DNA of 52,183 bases from a virus. The stretch is from positions 1 through 52,183 of IMG/VR virus record IMGVR_UViG_3300045988_175993, one strand, 5' to 3'. A program made the position numbers and the translations under genes. The notes under the pieces are model-generated. The model did no database searches, was not told where the DNA came from, and worked only from the letters and a program-made list of their open reading frames with translations. Shown piece by piece: positions 24,583 through 33,281 of this stretch (within the stretch, counting starts at the first letter, position 1; each line of letters opens with the position of its first letter).

Positions 24583-25500
24583 ATGGCAAAACTCAAGTTT
24601 GATCTATCTGAATCAGTGAGAGTACAGCTGACTGTTGAGCAGCAAAAGCAAATAGAGCAACTGTACTCTCAAGCAGCAAAAGAAATTGAAGAAGCATCAA
24701 AAAAGCTTCCTGTAACAGTTTCAGATGTGTATAGACAACAGTATCTTGCTAATCTTCAAAAACAGCTTGTTGAGCGATTCAATCAGATACAAGAGGAACT
24801 CAATTCTGGTATACAGACAAACATGAAAAAGGTTTGTGAGGCTGCTGTAAAGGACAATACTGAATTTCTCAGCAAAGCTGGTTTATCGATCAAAGGGGCA
24901 TATTCACATGTACCAGATGAAATCATAAGAACGATCATCACAGGAAAGTTGTATGGAGGCAATTGGACACTCAGTAAAGCCCTTTGGGGTTCAAATTCAA
25001 AAACACAGCAAGATATCCAGACAATAATAGCAAAAGGAATTGCTGAGAACAAAAGTGCCTATGATATAGCAAAAGATCTTGAGAAGTATGTAGATCCAAA
25101 GGCAAGAAAGGACTGGGATTGGTCAAAGGTTTATCCCGGTACATCTCGCAAAGTTGACTATAACGCACAGCGACTTGCCCGAACAATGGTATCTCATGCA
25201 TACCAACAGAGCTTCATAAGAATGACGCAGAAGAATCCTTTTGTTGAAGCCTATCAATGGATCTCAGGTCATACTGAACGAACATGCGAGATATGTATTG
25301 CTCGTGAGACCAATGATTCCTTCGGTTTGGGGCGAGGGATATACCCCAAAGATGCTCTTCCTCTTGATCATCCAAATGGGTTGTGTACCTTTATAGGAGT
25401 GATTCCTCCTATGATGGATGTTTCAGATAGATTAGCAGATTGGGCAAAAGGCAAGTCAGATCCAGCAATAGATGCTTGGATGACTGATATGTTTGCTTAA
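24583..25500 (+). CDS. Head morphogenesis protein (SPP1 gp7 / Mu F family)
   Basis: AQRLARTMVSHAYQQS and the C-terminal CEICIA...LPLDHPNGLC are typical of Phage_Mu_F. Confidence 0.75.
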   Translation: MAKLKFDLSESVRVQLTVEQQKQIEQLYSQAAKEIEEASKKLPVTVSDVYRQQYLANLQKQLVERFNQIQEELNSGIQTNMKKVCEAAVKDNTEFLSKAGLSIKGAYSHVPDEIIRTIITGKLYGGNWTLSKALWGSNSKTQQDIQTIIAKGIAENKSAYDIAKDLEKYVDPKARKDWDWSKVYPGTSRKVDYNAQRLARTMVSHAYQQSFIRMTQKNPFVEAYQWISGHTERTCEICIARETNDSFGLGRGIYPKDALPLDHPNGLCTFIGVIPPMMDVSDRLADWAKGKSDPAIDAWMTDMFA

Positions 25501-25622
25501 TAGTCAATCACCATTAAGGTGTTGATATAGATGTCTTTTACCAAGCAAGACATTAAAGAAGCTGGATAACGTTGCTACCATGTGCAATGAACATGGGTAT
25601 CTATAATAAGGAGGATTTTCCA

Positions 25623-26276
25623 ATGGCAGAAGAAGTCAATACCAATCAGCAAGGAGCTGGCGAAGGACAGCAAAATACAGATCCTAATGCTGGCAACGCG
25701 GGACAACAACAAGGTGCAGCTGGGCAAGGTCAAGGCTCTGAAGAAACCAAATCCTATACTCAAGCTCAGATCAATTCCATGATGGCTAACGAAAAGCGCA
25801 CCGCTCGTCAAGCCATCCTGAAGGAGCTGGGATATGAGTACAAAGACGACAAGGGCTTTAAGGATCTCATGAAGGGTATCAAGGAATCCCTGGACGCCGG
25901 AAAGACTCAGGCGCAAAAAGATTCTGAAGCTAAAACAGCTGCCGAAAGGGAGCGGGATGAGGCAAACAGCAAAGCAAGCTTTCTTGAGCTCAAGATTGCA
26001 GCTCTCTCTGCAGAAGCGGATCCCAAGTATCTTGAAGATCTCATAACTCTTGCAAAGCCCAAACTTGTAGAGGGTGTGACTGCTGAGAGTGTCTTTGAGA
26101 GCCTGAAGAAGCAGTATCCTGTGTTCTTCAAAGGTGCTGATAGTACTGGATCTTCTGGCACTGGTAGTCCAAATAATCCCCCTCGCAAGGGAACGTCAAA
26201 CGTTGGTGAGTACGGACAACGACTGGCGAAAGGAACAGCAAAAGGTGCTGTAAAGAGCTCGTACTTCAAGAAATAA
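25623..26276 (+). CDS. Scaffolding protein (DUF4355-like)
   Basis: Start set at ATG 25623 (RBS aaggagga). Q/G-rich N-terminus, then coiled coil YTQAQINSMMANEKRTARQAILKELG. Confidence 0.7.
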   Translation: MAEEVNTNQQGAGEGQQNTDPNAGNAGQQQGAAGQGQGSEETKSYTQAQINSMMANEKRTARQAILKELGYEYKDDKGFKDLMKGIKESLDAGKTQAQKDSEAKTAAERERDEANSKASFLELKIAALSAEADPKYLEDLITLAKPKLVEGVTAESVFESLKKQYPVFFKGADSTGSSGTGSPNNPPRKGTSNVGEYGQRLAKGTAKGAVKSSYFKK

Positions 26277-26291
26277 AACAAGGAGGTTACT

Positions 26292-26693
26292 ATGTTTAAC
26301 AACACTGGAATCAAGAAAACCACTGGCGCTGCGCCTGTGCAGATTCTCTTCAATGTCGAGCATCAAATGTCCGTTGGCATTGTTGTAGATAGCGCATACT
26401 CGGTGACCCGAGATGGGCGCAAAATTGTCCCTGCAGGCACTCCTCTGAGCGGTGATCTGACTGCTCGCACTACCAAGTTCGTCAAGGCAAAAGATGAATC
26501 TGGATCAGGCAAAGGCGACGGCAAAGCTGCAGTCGGTATTCTGCTTCATGACGTGGATGTCACTGATGGTGATAACAACGGTACTCTGCTGATTTGGGGT
26601 TTTGTTGATCTTGCAAAGATTGACACTACCACTGCAGCTCTGATTACCGCCACGCGCAAGGCGGAAATGCCTCACATCACGTTCCTGAAGTAA
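26292..26693 (+). CDS. Head decoration-like protein
   Basis: 133 aa, directly upstream of the capsid gene. AVGILLHDVDVT...GTLLIWGFVDLAKI resembles gpD/DUF2190-type proteins. Confidence 0.5.
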   Translation: MFNNTGIKKTTGAAPVQILFNVEHQMSVGIVVDSAYSVTRDGRKIVPAGTPLSGDLTARTTKFVKAKDESGSGKGDGKAAVGILLHDVDVTDGDNNGTLLIWGFVDLAKIDTTTAALITATRKAEMPHITFLK

Positions 26694-26715
26694 TCAAAGA
26701 AAGGAGAAACACAAT

Positions 26716-27759
26716 ATGGCCACTATATTTGACCTCGTAAGAGCCCAAGAGCTGACCGCTTATTGGGAAGAGAATACCAAAGACAGACCGCCTTATCTCG
26801 GCGAAGAGCTGTTCCCTGCTGATAAGAAGCTCGGTCTGAAGCTTGAATGGATCAAGGGTGCAAATGGTCTCCCGGTCGTTCTGAAGCCCTCGGCATTCGA
26901 TGTGGGTGCAATTCCCCGTGCTCGTATCGGTTTTGACAAGCTGACTACGAATATGCCGTTCTTCAAGGAAGCTCTGTACATCGATGAAGAGCTTCGCCAG
27001 GAACTGAACATGGTTCTCGAAACTGGCAATCAGGCGTACATTGACGCCGTTGTGAACAGAGTCTTTGACGATGAGACTCACCTGCTTGAAGGTGCTGCTG
27101 CTCGTCGTGAGCAGATGCGTATGATGGCGCTCACCACGGGTGCTATATCCATCACTGCCAATGGTCAGGCATACAGCTATGACTATGGTGTTCCTTCCGC
27201 GCACAAGTCCGAAGTCACTACGTCTTGGTCCAATACTGCTTCGGATCCTATTGAGGATCTGCGCAAGGCTATGGACAAGGTTGAGGATGACACTGGTGTA
27301 CGTCCCACTCGTGGCATTTGCTCTCGCAAGACTTGGGGCTATCTCAGAATCAACCAGAAGATCATCAAGTCCATCTTCGTTCTTTCCAACGGTGAAGTCA
27401 GCGCTCTGTCTGATGCTCGCCTGTCTCAGTACCTTATGGATGAGCTGGGTCTTGAACTGATCGTCTACAGCAAGAGATACAAGAATGACAACGGTGATGC
27501 AGCTCAATTCGTTCCCGATGAGACTGTAGTCCTGTTCCCTGAAGGTCCTCTTGGTACCACTTGGTTCGGTACTACTCCTGAGGAATCTGATCTCATGGGC
27601 GGCAAGGTTGCAAATGTGTCCCTGACCGATGTCGGCGTGGCAGTGACCACCATTGAGAAGGCTGATCCTGTCAATGTTGAGACCAAAGTTACCATGATCT
27701 CTCTCCCCTCTTTCGAGACTGCTGATCAAATATACATCCTTGATGTTCAAGCATCCTGA
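26716..27759 (+). CDS. Major capsid protein (lambda gpE-type, Phage_cap_E-like)
   Basis: The N-terminus MATIFDLVRAQELTAYWEENTKDRPPYLGEELFP fits this family. 347 aa, with a strong RBS aaaggaga. Confidence 0.8.
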   Translation: MATIFDLVRAQELTAYWEENTKDRPPYLGEELFPADKKLGLKLEWIKGANGLPVVLKPSAFDVGAIPRARIGFDKLTTNMPFFKEALYIDEELRQELNMVLETGNQAYIDAVVNRVFDDETHLLEGAAARREQMRMMALTTGAISITANGQAYSYDYGVPSAHKSEVTTSWSNTASDPIEDLRKAMDKVEDDTGVRPTRGICSRKTWGYLRINQKIIKSIFVLSNGEVSALSDARLSQYLMDELGLELIVYSKRYKNDNGDAAQFVPDETVVLFPEGPLGTTWFGTTPEESDLMGGKVANVSLTDVGVAVTTIEKADPVNVETKVTMISLPSFETADQIYILDVQAS

Positions 27760-27773
27760 TAGGGGGTGATCCA

Positions 27774-28127
27774 ATGGTTCGCATAACTAATGGATCCATG
27801 GAGCTCACAGTTACCAGAGGGGCATTTAAGACCTTCTATGAGCCGGAAGGATTCATCATTCTCGAGCACGAGGAGGACACTCCTCGTCTCGGGGGTATAA
27901 ATACCCAGCCGGAATCGGAGGATGCTTTCGAGGATGAGGAGAACACGGAGAACGAGGACTCTGAGGCTGAAGACGAGGAAGAGGATATAGATTATTCTGA
28001 AATTCCTCTCAGCGAACTGAGCTTTGAACAGCTCTGTGACTACGCTGATCAACTTGAGATAGATCATGACGGCGTGAGATCCAAGAAAGAGCTCCGCATA
28101 CTGATTAGGAATCATTTGAGTGACTGA
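27774..28127 (+). CDS. Acidic hypothetical protein with Rho_N/SAP-like C-terminus
   Basis: Acidic stretch EDAFEDEENTENEDSEAEDEEEDIDY, then LSFEQLCDYADQLEIDHDGVRSKKELRILI. Confidence 0.65.
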   Translation: MVRITNGSMELTVTRGAFKTFYEPEGFIILEHEEDTPRLGGINTQPESEDAFEDEENTENEDSEAEDEEEDIDYSEIPLSELSFEQLCDYADQLEIDHDGVRSKKELRILIRNHLSD

Positions 28128-28137
28128 GGAGGTTTAT

Positions 28138-28392
28138 ATGAGCAGCCTGGAAGATCTGAAGATTGTATTGCGAGAGGACGCCATCCCGTTCTTTTCTGAT
28201 GAAGAGCTCAACTTCTACTTGAGAGAGAACAAAGGCAACTATGATTTGACAGCTTATCAGTGTCTGCTCATAAAAGCCGAAAACACAACTCTCTCCATTT
28301 CCGGTTTGAGCGCAGCAGATAGTTCCAAATATTTCCGCAGACTTGCAGCAAAATACCGACCACATAATTCTGGCTTATTGGTAGGAGATTGA
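28138..28392 (+). CDS. Head-tail connector candidate
   Basis: Start set at ATG 28138 (RBS gaggagg). The call is by position only. Confidence 0.5.
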   Translation: MSSLEDLKIVLREDAIPFFSDEELNFYLRENKGNYDLTAYQCLLIKAENTTLSISGLSAADSSKYFRRLAAKYRPHNSGLLVGD

Positions 28393-28395
28393 GAT

Positions 28396-28764
28396 ATGGA
28401 AGCTTTGAGATTCCAACTCAACAAAGTCAAAAGACTTCTCAAAGTCCAGGGACAGGAGTTTGTCTTTGATCGGTATAAAGTTAATGGTTTCAATGAGCCT
28501 ACAGATGAGACTGATTCTCAAATTAAGCTGATTGGGGTGTATCATGAAACCGTTAGCTATCAGCAGAAAACAGCTGCAGATGGATCTATCACACAATCAA
28601 AGGCTTCTCCAATGATTCTCTGTCAGTGGGAAGATGCAGAAAAGCTTCGCACCACAGACAAGTTGGAGTTCAATGGTTCCGTTTATATCATTGGAGGAAT
28701 CAAGAATATTGGAGAAGCCAACATCATAGCAGACATATCTCTTGAGGAACTGATTCATGGCTAA
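28396..28764 (+). CDS. Head-closure/head-tail joining candidate
   Basis: 122 aa, in the conserved position after the connector gene. Confidence 0.45.
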   Translation: MEALRFQLNKVKRLLKVQGQEFVFDRYKVNGFNEPTDETDSQIKLIGVYHETVSYQQKTAADGSITQSKASPMILCQWEDAEKLRTTDKLEFNGSVYIIGGIKNIGEANIIADISLEELIHG

Positions 28765-29119
28765 TTCATTCACATTAGATCCATCGAAGATGCTTGAGCG
28801 TATGGCAGATTTTGAAATACGAACTCAAAATGCTATGTATGCCTATGCTAAAACAAGTGTAGGAAAACTTGTAAGCAACGCAAAATTGAACAGACCTTGG
28901 ACAGACCGTACAGGACATGCAAAGCAACGTCTTCACGGTGATTTCCAAGAACTCCCTGGGGAAGGATTCAAACTATCCCTTGCACACGGTGTTGATTATG
29001 GTATTTGGCTTGAGCTTGCTCATGAGAAGCGATTTGCTATAATTGACAAGACCATAGAATATGTGGGTACGTTTGAAATCATGCCTGGCTGGGAGAACCT
29101 TATAGATCGATTGAGGTAA
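28757..29119 (+). CDS. HK97 gp10-like tail-completion candidate
   Basis: NRPWTDRTGHAKQRLHG resembles the gp10-family RTG..r.s motif. Confidence 0.5.
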   Translation: MANSFTLDPSKMLERMADFEIRTQNAMYAYAKTSVGKLVSNAKLNRPWTDRTGHAKQRLHGDFQELPGEGFKLSLAHGVDYGIWLELAHEKRFAIIDKTIEYVGTFEIMPGWENLIDRLR

Positions 29120-29122
29120 CAT

Positions 29123-29479
29123 ATGGGAGCATCAAGAAGACAAGATATCTATGAGCATCTCAAGAAAGCAGGATTCAATGTATTTTTCTCCGGTCAACAT
29201 GAAGGAGATTGTATTTCTGAGTATGTTGTTGTAAAAGAAGATGAAACTCTTCAATTCAACACATACTCAAGTACAACAACGTATTATGATATTCTTTGCT
29301 ATGTACCCATAGATAGAGTGACTCGAGTAGACAGCTTTTTTGAAGAGGTCAAAGAAGCCATGAGAGGTCTTGTACCAATGATCAAGCCTGTACACAGCGA
29401 AACAGCAGAGTACATTGATGACGATATCAAAGCTCGAATGAAGAGCGCTCGTTATCTCAACTATCGTAGATTTCAATGA
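29123..29479 (+). CDS. Tail terminator candidate
   Basis: 118 aa, immediately upstream of the major tail gene. Confidence 0.4.
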   Translation: MGASRRQDIYEHLKKAGFNVFFSGQHEGDCISEYVVVKEDETLQFNTYSSTTTYYDILCYVPIDRVTRVDSFFEEVKEAMRGLVPMIKPVHSETAEYIDDDIKARMKSARYLNYRRFQ

Positions 29480-29492
29480 TTGGAGGTAAACT

Positions 29493-30116
29493 ATGCCGAG
29501 TAACACTGTAAAGAAGGGTAATGAGATACCCACCATAGATGTTTCTCTTGTAACAATAGAAGAGAAAGTTGCAAGCGGGCAAAGCACTACAGTTTACATT
29601 TTTGATACGGCTAACAAACTTGGTGTTAACGTTCAAAGTGAAACTCAAGATGCTACCAAACTGGTTGTCAAAGGCAGACTGATAGCTCAAAAGCCTGAGA
29701 CTGTTACAATCACTGGTCACACCCTTGTTCTGACCGATAACGTGTTCATTCCTGAAGTTGTTAAACTTCTTCAGGGTGGTACAATTAAGTGGTGGACTTC
29801 TGCCGAGAAGACAGCGATGTCTGATTCGGAGACTACTTTTGGCATTGCTCAGTACACTCCGCCTGTGGCTGGTTCTACTGAGAAGGGAAAAATATGCATT
29901 GTAAAGGCGTACAGCGCCATCTACAATGCTGCTGGTATCATCACTGGCTATGAAAGAATCACCTATCCTAACTGCCAGGGCACTCCGGTTGCTCTCAGTT
30001 CGGAAGACAATGTATTCAGAGCTCCTGAATATACAATCTACTCTGCGCCTAACACGGGAGAAGCTCCTTATACGATTGACTACATCGATCCGGATGAGCT
30101 TCCTGTGGTGTCTTAA
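29493..30116 (+). CDS. Major tail protein
   Basis: 207 aa with a strong RBS, followed by the chaperone pair and the tape measure. Confidence 0.7.
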   Translation: MPSNTVKKGNEIPTIDVSLVTIEEKVASGQSTTVYIFDTANKLGVNVQSETQDATKLVVKGRLIAQKPETVTITGHTLVLTDNVFIPEVVKLLQGGTIKWWTSAEKTAMSDSETTFGIAQYTPPVAGSTEKGKICIVKAYSAIYNAAGIITGYERITYPNCQGTPVALSSEDNVFRAPEYTIYSAPNTGEAPYTIDYIDPDELPVVS

Positions 30117-30128
30117 GGAGGTTGACCA

Positions 30129-30584
30129 ATGGATCAGATCAACTTGAGACCCACAACTCTGGCTCAGCTGAGTGAGTATACTCGCGGTCAGATTGTGGAA
30201 CTGCCTCCTTTTGCAGAGGGGCAACCTTTTGTAGCAAGGCTTTGCCGTCCTTCTATGCTCAGCCTTGTAAGAGCTGGAAAGATTCCTAATGAGCTGCTGA
30301 AGACGGCAAATGAACTTTTTCTTGAGGGAAAACCGGATTCTGAGGAAAATCCCAAAGTCCTTGGTGATGTATTCTCGGTATTTGATGCAATTTGTGAAGC
30401 TTGTTTTCTCGAGCCGACTTATGCAGAGATACAAGAATCTGGAATCACCCTAACTGATGATCAGTACATGTTCATCTTTGAATACTCACAGGCAGGAGTG
30501 CAAGCTCTCAAACCCTTTCGTGAACAGCCCAAGAATAGTGGAGCTGTGCGCGATGTCAAAAATATACACAGAAAGACCAAGTAA
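30129..30584 (+). CDS. Tail assembly chaperone (gpG-like)
   Basis: 151 aa, acidic, directly upstream of an overlapping ORF and the tape measure. Confidence 0.65.
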   Translation: MDQINLRPTTLAQLSEYTRGQIVELPPFAEGQPFVARLCRPSMLSLVRAGKIPNELLKTANELFLEGKPDSEENPKVLGDVFSVFDAICEACFLEPTYAEIQESGITLTDDQYMFIFEYSQAGVQALKPFREQPKNSGAVRDVKNIHRKTK

Positions 30585-30729
30585 TTTACTTGGAGTAACA
30601 GATCCGTATACAGCATTCTGTTTGGATGAGGCTTGTGCATTTATTATTCGCAAACTCGATAACAAGGAAGAACCAAAGTTTGTTGTTCGGTATTCAAAGC
30701 CATCAGATCTGTATGCAAAGTATCAGTGA
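30553..30729 (+). CDS. Second tail-chaperone ORF (gpT-like part, or an independent 58-aa protein)
   Basis: Open frame runs from 30457, with the first ATG at 30553. It overlaps the end of 30129..30584 in the +1 frame. Translation GVTDPYTAFCLDEACAFIIRKL. Confidence 0.45.
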   Translation: MSKIYTERPSNLLGVTDPYTAFCLDEACAFIIRKLDNKEEPKFVVRYSKPSDLYAKYQ

Positions 30730-30743
30730 GAGGAGGGTAACAT

Positions 30744-32885
30744 ATGAGTTTTAATTTGGGTACAGCAGTTGGTTATCTTATGCTTGACACTTCTGGTTTT
30801 GAATCAGGATTTAAGAGAGCAGAAACACAGCTGCAAACATTCACAAATAAGTCCAAATCTTGGGATAAAAGATTTGCAGGTCTTTCATCAGGATTGATTA
30901 CTCTGGGAAGCAATCTTACCAAAAGCGTTACTCTTCCTCTTGTTGGTTTAGGAACAGCAGCAGCCAAGTCTGCTATTGATTTTGAATCTGCTTTCGCAGG
31001 TGTCCGTAAAACAGTTGATGCAACTGAAGAAGAATACTCTGAGCTTGAAAAGAGTATTATAGAGATGAGTAACAGAATGCCGCAATCCGCTGCAGACATA
31101 GCAAGTGTTATGGAAATTGCAGGACAACTCGGTATTCGAGGACGTGACAATCTTCTGAGTTTCACTGAAACAATGATTCGTTTGGGTGATAGCACGAACT
31201 TGAGCTCTGAAGAAGCTGCTACTGCTATTGCACGAATCATGAATATCATGGGCACTTCTACCGAGGATGTTGGAAGATTTGGCTCCACTATTGTTGACCT
31301 AGGCAACAATTTTGCAACAACCGAATCCGAAATTACTGAAATGGCAAATAGACTTGCCGCTGGTGGTAAGCTAGCTGGACTGACTGAGCCACAAATTCTT
31401 GCACTTGCTACTGCAATGTCTTCTGTTGGTATAAATGCTGAAGCTGGTGGCACAGCTATGACTCAAACATTCAATGCTATTGAGAAAGCTGTAGCAAATG
31501 GTGGAGAAAAACTTCAAGGGTTTGCTGATGTGGCTGGAATGACCTCAGAAGAGTTTGCTGCAGCATGGGAAAATGATCCTATTACAGCAATCCAAGCCTT
31601 TATACAAGGTTTGGGAAAGCTGGAAGAGCAAGGTGGATCCGCTGTGCTAGCTCTTGATGATCTTGGTCTTTCTGGTATTCGTCAATCAGATATGCTTAAG
31701 AGTTTGTCTCAATCAGGCGATTTGCTTACAGATGCTTTGGAGACAGCAAATGGAGCTTGGGAGGAGAATGATGCTTTAACACAAGAATCAGAAACTCGAT
31801 ATGAGACACTTGCATCTAAGATACAAATCCTCTGGAATAATGTGAAGAATCTTGCCAAATCTTTTGGCGATCTATTGTTGCCTGTTATTGAAGATACTAT
31901 TGACTTTATAAAGCGTTTAATAGAATGGCTAGATAACATGCCGGATAGCTTAAAAAATACAATAGTCAAAATAGCAGAATTTGTTGCCATATTTGGTCCC
32001 GTTCTAGTTGTCATTGGAAAAGTTGCTGGTGCTATAAAGAAGCTCATTGGTATCTTTACTGGAGTCACAAGTCCTATTGGTTTGATCATAACTATCATAG
32101 CTCTTCTGGTGGCGGCTTTCATATACCTTTGGAATACATCTGAAGACTTCAGGAATTTCTGGATAAACCTTTGGGAAGCAATCAAAAATGCCGCTAAAGC
32201 AGCAGCTGATTGGGTTGTACAAGCAGTCAAAGATGTGGTACAATTCTTCAAAAATTTACCACAAACAATAGCTGATATTTGGAACAATATAAAGACAACA
32301 GTCTCAGAAAAGATTCAAGAGATCATAACTGCAATTGCTGAATGGGCTGTTAATCTTTACAATAGCGCTGTCAATGCTTGGAATCAGTTTTGGGATGGTG
32401 CAAAATCCATCTGGGAACAAATTGTTACATGGATATCCGAATCCTGGAATTCTGTTGTGGACACAGTAACGAATTTCGGTCAAAACCTCTATGATGCAGG
32501 AGCTTCAATATTCTCTTCTTTTTGGGATGGGTTGGTATCTGTTTGGGAAAGCATAGCCAGCTGGGTCTCTGAAAAAGTATCCTGGATTGCTAACGCTTTA
32601 AGTGGTGCTTTGGGAAGTGTGAGTTCGCATACCCATTCTTCTGGTTCTTATGCTACAGGCATAGATTACATACCCTCAGATCGGTATGTAAAAGTCCATG
32701 AGGGCGAGGCAATTTTGTCGAAGGAACAAAACAAAAACAGGAATAGTTCTCCCAGTGGTTCTTTCACAGTGCCAATAGTGCTGGATGTAACCAATAAGAT
32801 AGATGGAATGACTCTGGCACGTAATCAGTATAAGTACAATTTGATTGTCGATAATAATCATGGTCCTAAACTGATCAAGACATAA
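30744..32885 (+). CDS. Tape measure protein (TP901-type core)
   Basis: 713 aa. AFAGVRKTVDATEEEYSELEKSIIEMS...AADIASVMEIAGQLG, a central hydrophobic segment, and W-rich C-terminal repeats. Confidence 0.88.
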   Translation: MSFNLGTAVGYLMLDTSGFESGFKRAETQLQTFTNKSKSWDKRFAGLSSGLITLGSNLTKSVTLPLVGLGTAAAKSAIDFESAFAGVRKTVDATEEEYSELEKSIIEMSNRMPQSAADIASVMEIAGQLGIRGRDNLLSFTETMIRLGDSTNLSSEEAATAIARIMNIMGTSTEDVGRFGSTIVDLGNNFATTESEITEMANRLAAGGKLAGLTEPQILALATAMSSVGINAEAGGTAMTQTFNAIEKAVANGGEKLQGFADVAGMTSEEFAAAWENDPITAIQAFIQGLGKLEEQGGSAVLALDDLGLSGIRQSDMLKSLSQSGDLLTDALETANGAWEENDALTQESETRYETLASKIQILWNNVKNLAKSFGDLLLPVIEDTIDFIKRLIEWLDNMPDSLKNTIVKIAEFVAIFGPVLVVIGKVAGAIKKLIGIFTGVTSPIGLIITIIALLVAAFIYLWNTSEDFRNFWINLWEAIKNAAKAAADWVVQAVKDVVQFFKNLPQTIADIWNNIKTTVSEKIQEIITAIAEWAVNLYNSAVNAWNQFWDGAKSIWEQIVTWISESWNSVVDTVTNFGQNLYDAGASIFSSFWDGLVSVWESIASWVSEKVSWIANALSGALGSVSSHTHSSGSYATGIDYIPSDRYVKVHEGEAILSKEQNKNRNSSPSGSFTVPIVLDVTNKIDGMTLARNQYKYNLIVDNNHGPKLIKT

Positions 32886-32895
32886 GGAGTGTATT

Positions 32896-33279
32896 ATGGG
32901 AAAGATCATCAAAATCAATGACATTGATTTTTCAGACATCTTTGAAGAAAAGAGTTACAGTGTTACTGAAACTAAAGTGCTTGGTTCCAATGGCGGTACT
33001 GCTCTTTCTGGAAAGACCTGGGAAGATTTGATTGCCTACAAAGACAAAGTTGATTTTCCTCTTGATCCACTGTCTGAAGAAGAACTTTCTGCTCTTATGA
33101 AATGTTTGAGAACTTCAAAATATGCTCCTTATGTCAAACTGTACTACTTTTCACCGAACTATGGGGAGTACCGAACGGCAGAATTCATTCGGGATGAGAT
33201 AACTCATACTCAAATGTTTATTTCCAACTCTGGGGTGGCATACTATAACGAGAATACCCTATCCATGACGGAGGTCTGA
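32896..33279 (+). CDS. Distal tail protein candidate (short)
   Basis: Called from its position after the tape measure. 127 aa. Confidence 0.4.
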   Translation: MGKIIKINDIDFSDIFEEKSYSVTETKVLGSNGGTALSGKTWEDLIAYKDKVDFPLDPLSEEELSALMKCLRTSKYAPYVKLYYFSPNYGEYRTAEFIRDEITHTQMFISNSGVAYYNENTLSMTEV

Positions 33280-33281
33280 TT

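Noticed and set aside
26677-27774. 365-aa minus-strand ORF spanning the whole capsid gene
   Set aside because: It is antisense to a plus-strand ORF with a strong RBS and a gpE-type capsid N-terminus. Its composition is low-complexity and Ser/Leu/Arg-rich, typical of a shadow frame. It has no RBS and sits inside a strictly plus-strand operon.
29457-30434. 325-aa minus-strand ORF across the major tail and chaperone genes
   Set aside because: It is a shadow frame of well-supported plus-strand genes. It is Arg/Ser/Leu-rich, has no RBS, and runs opposite to the operon.
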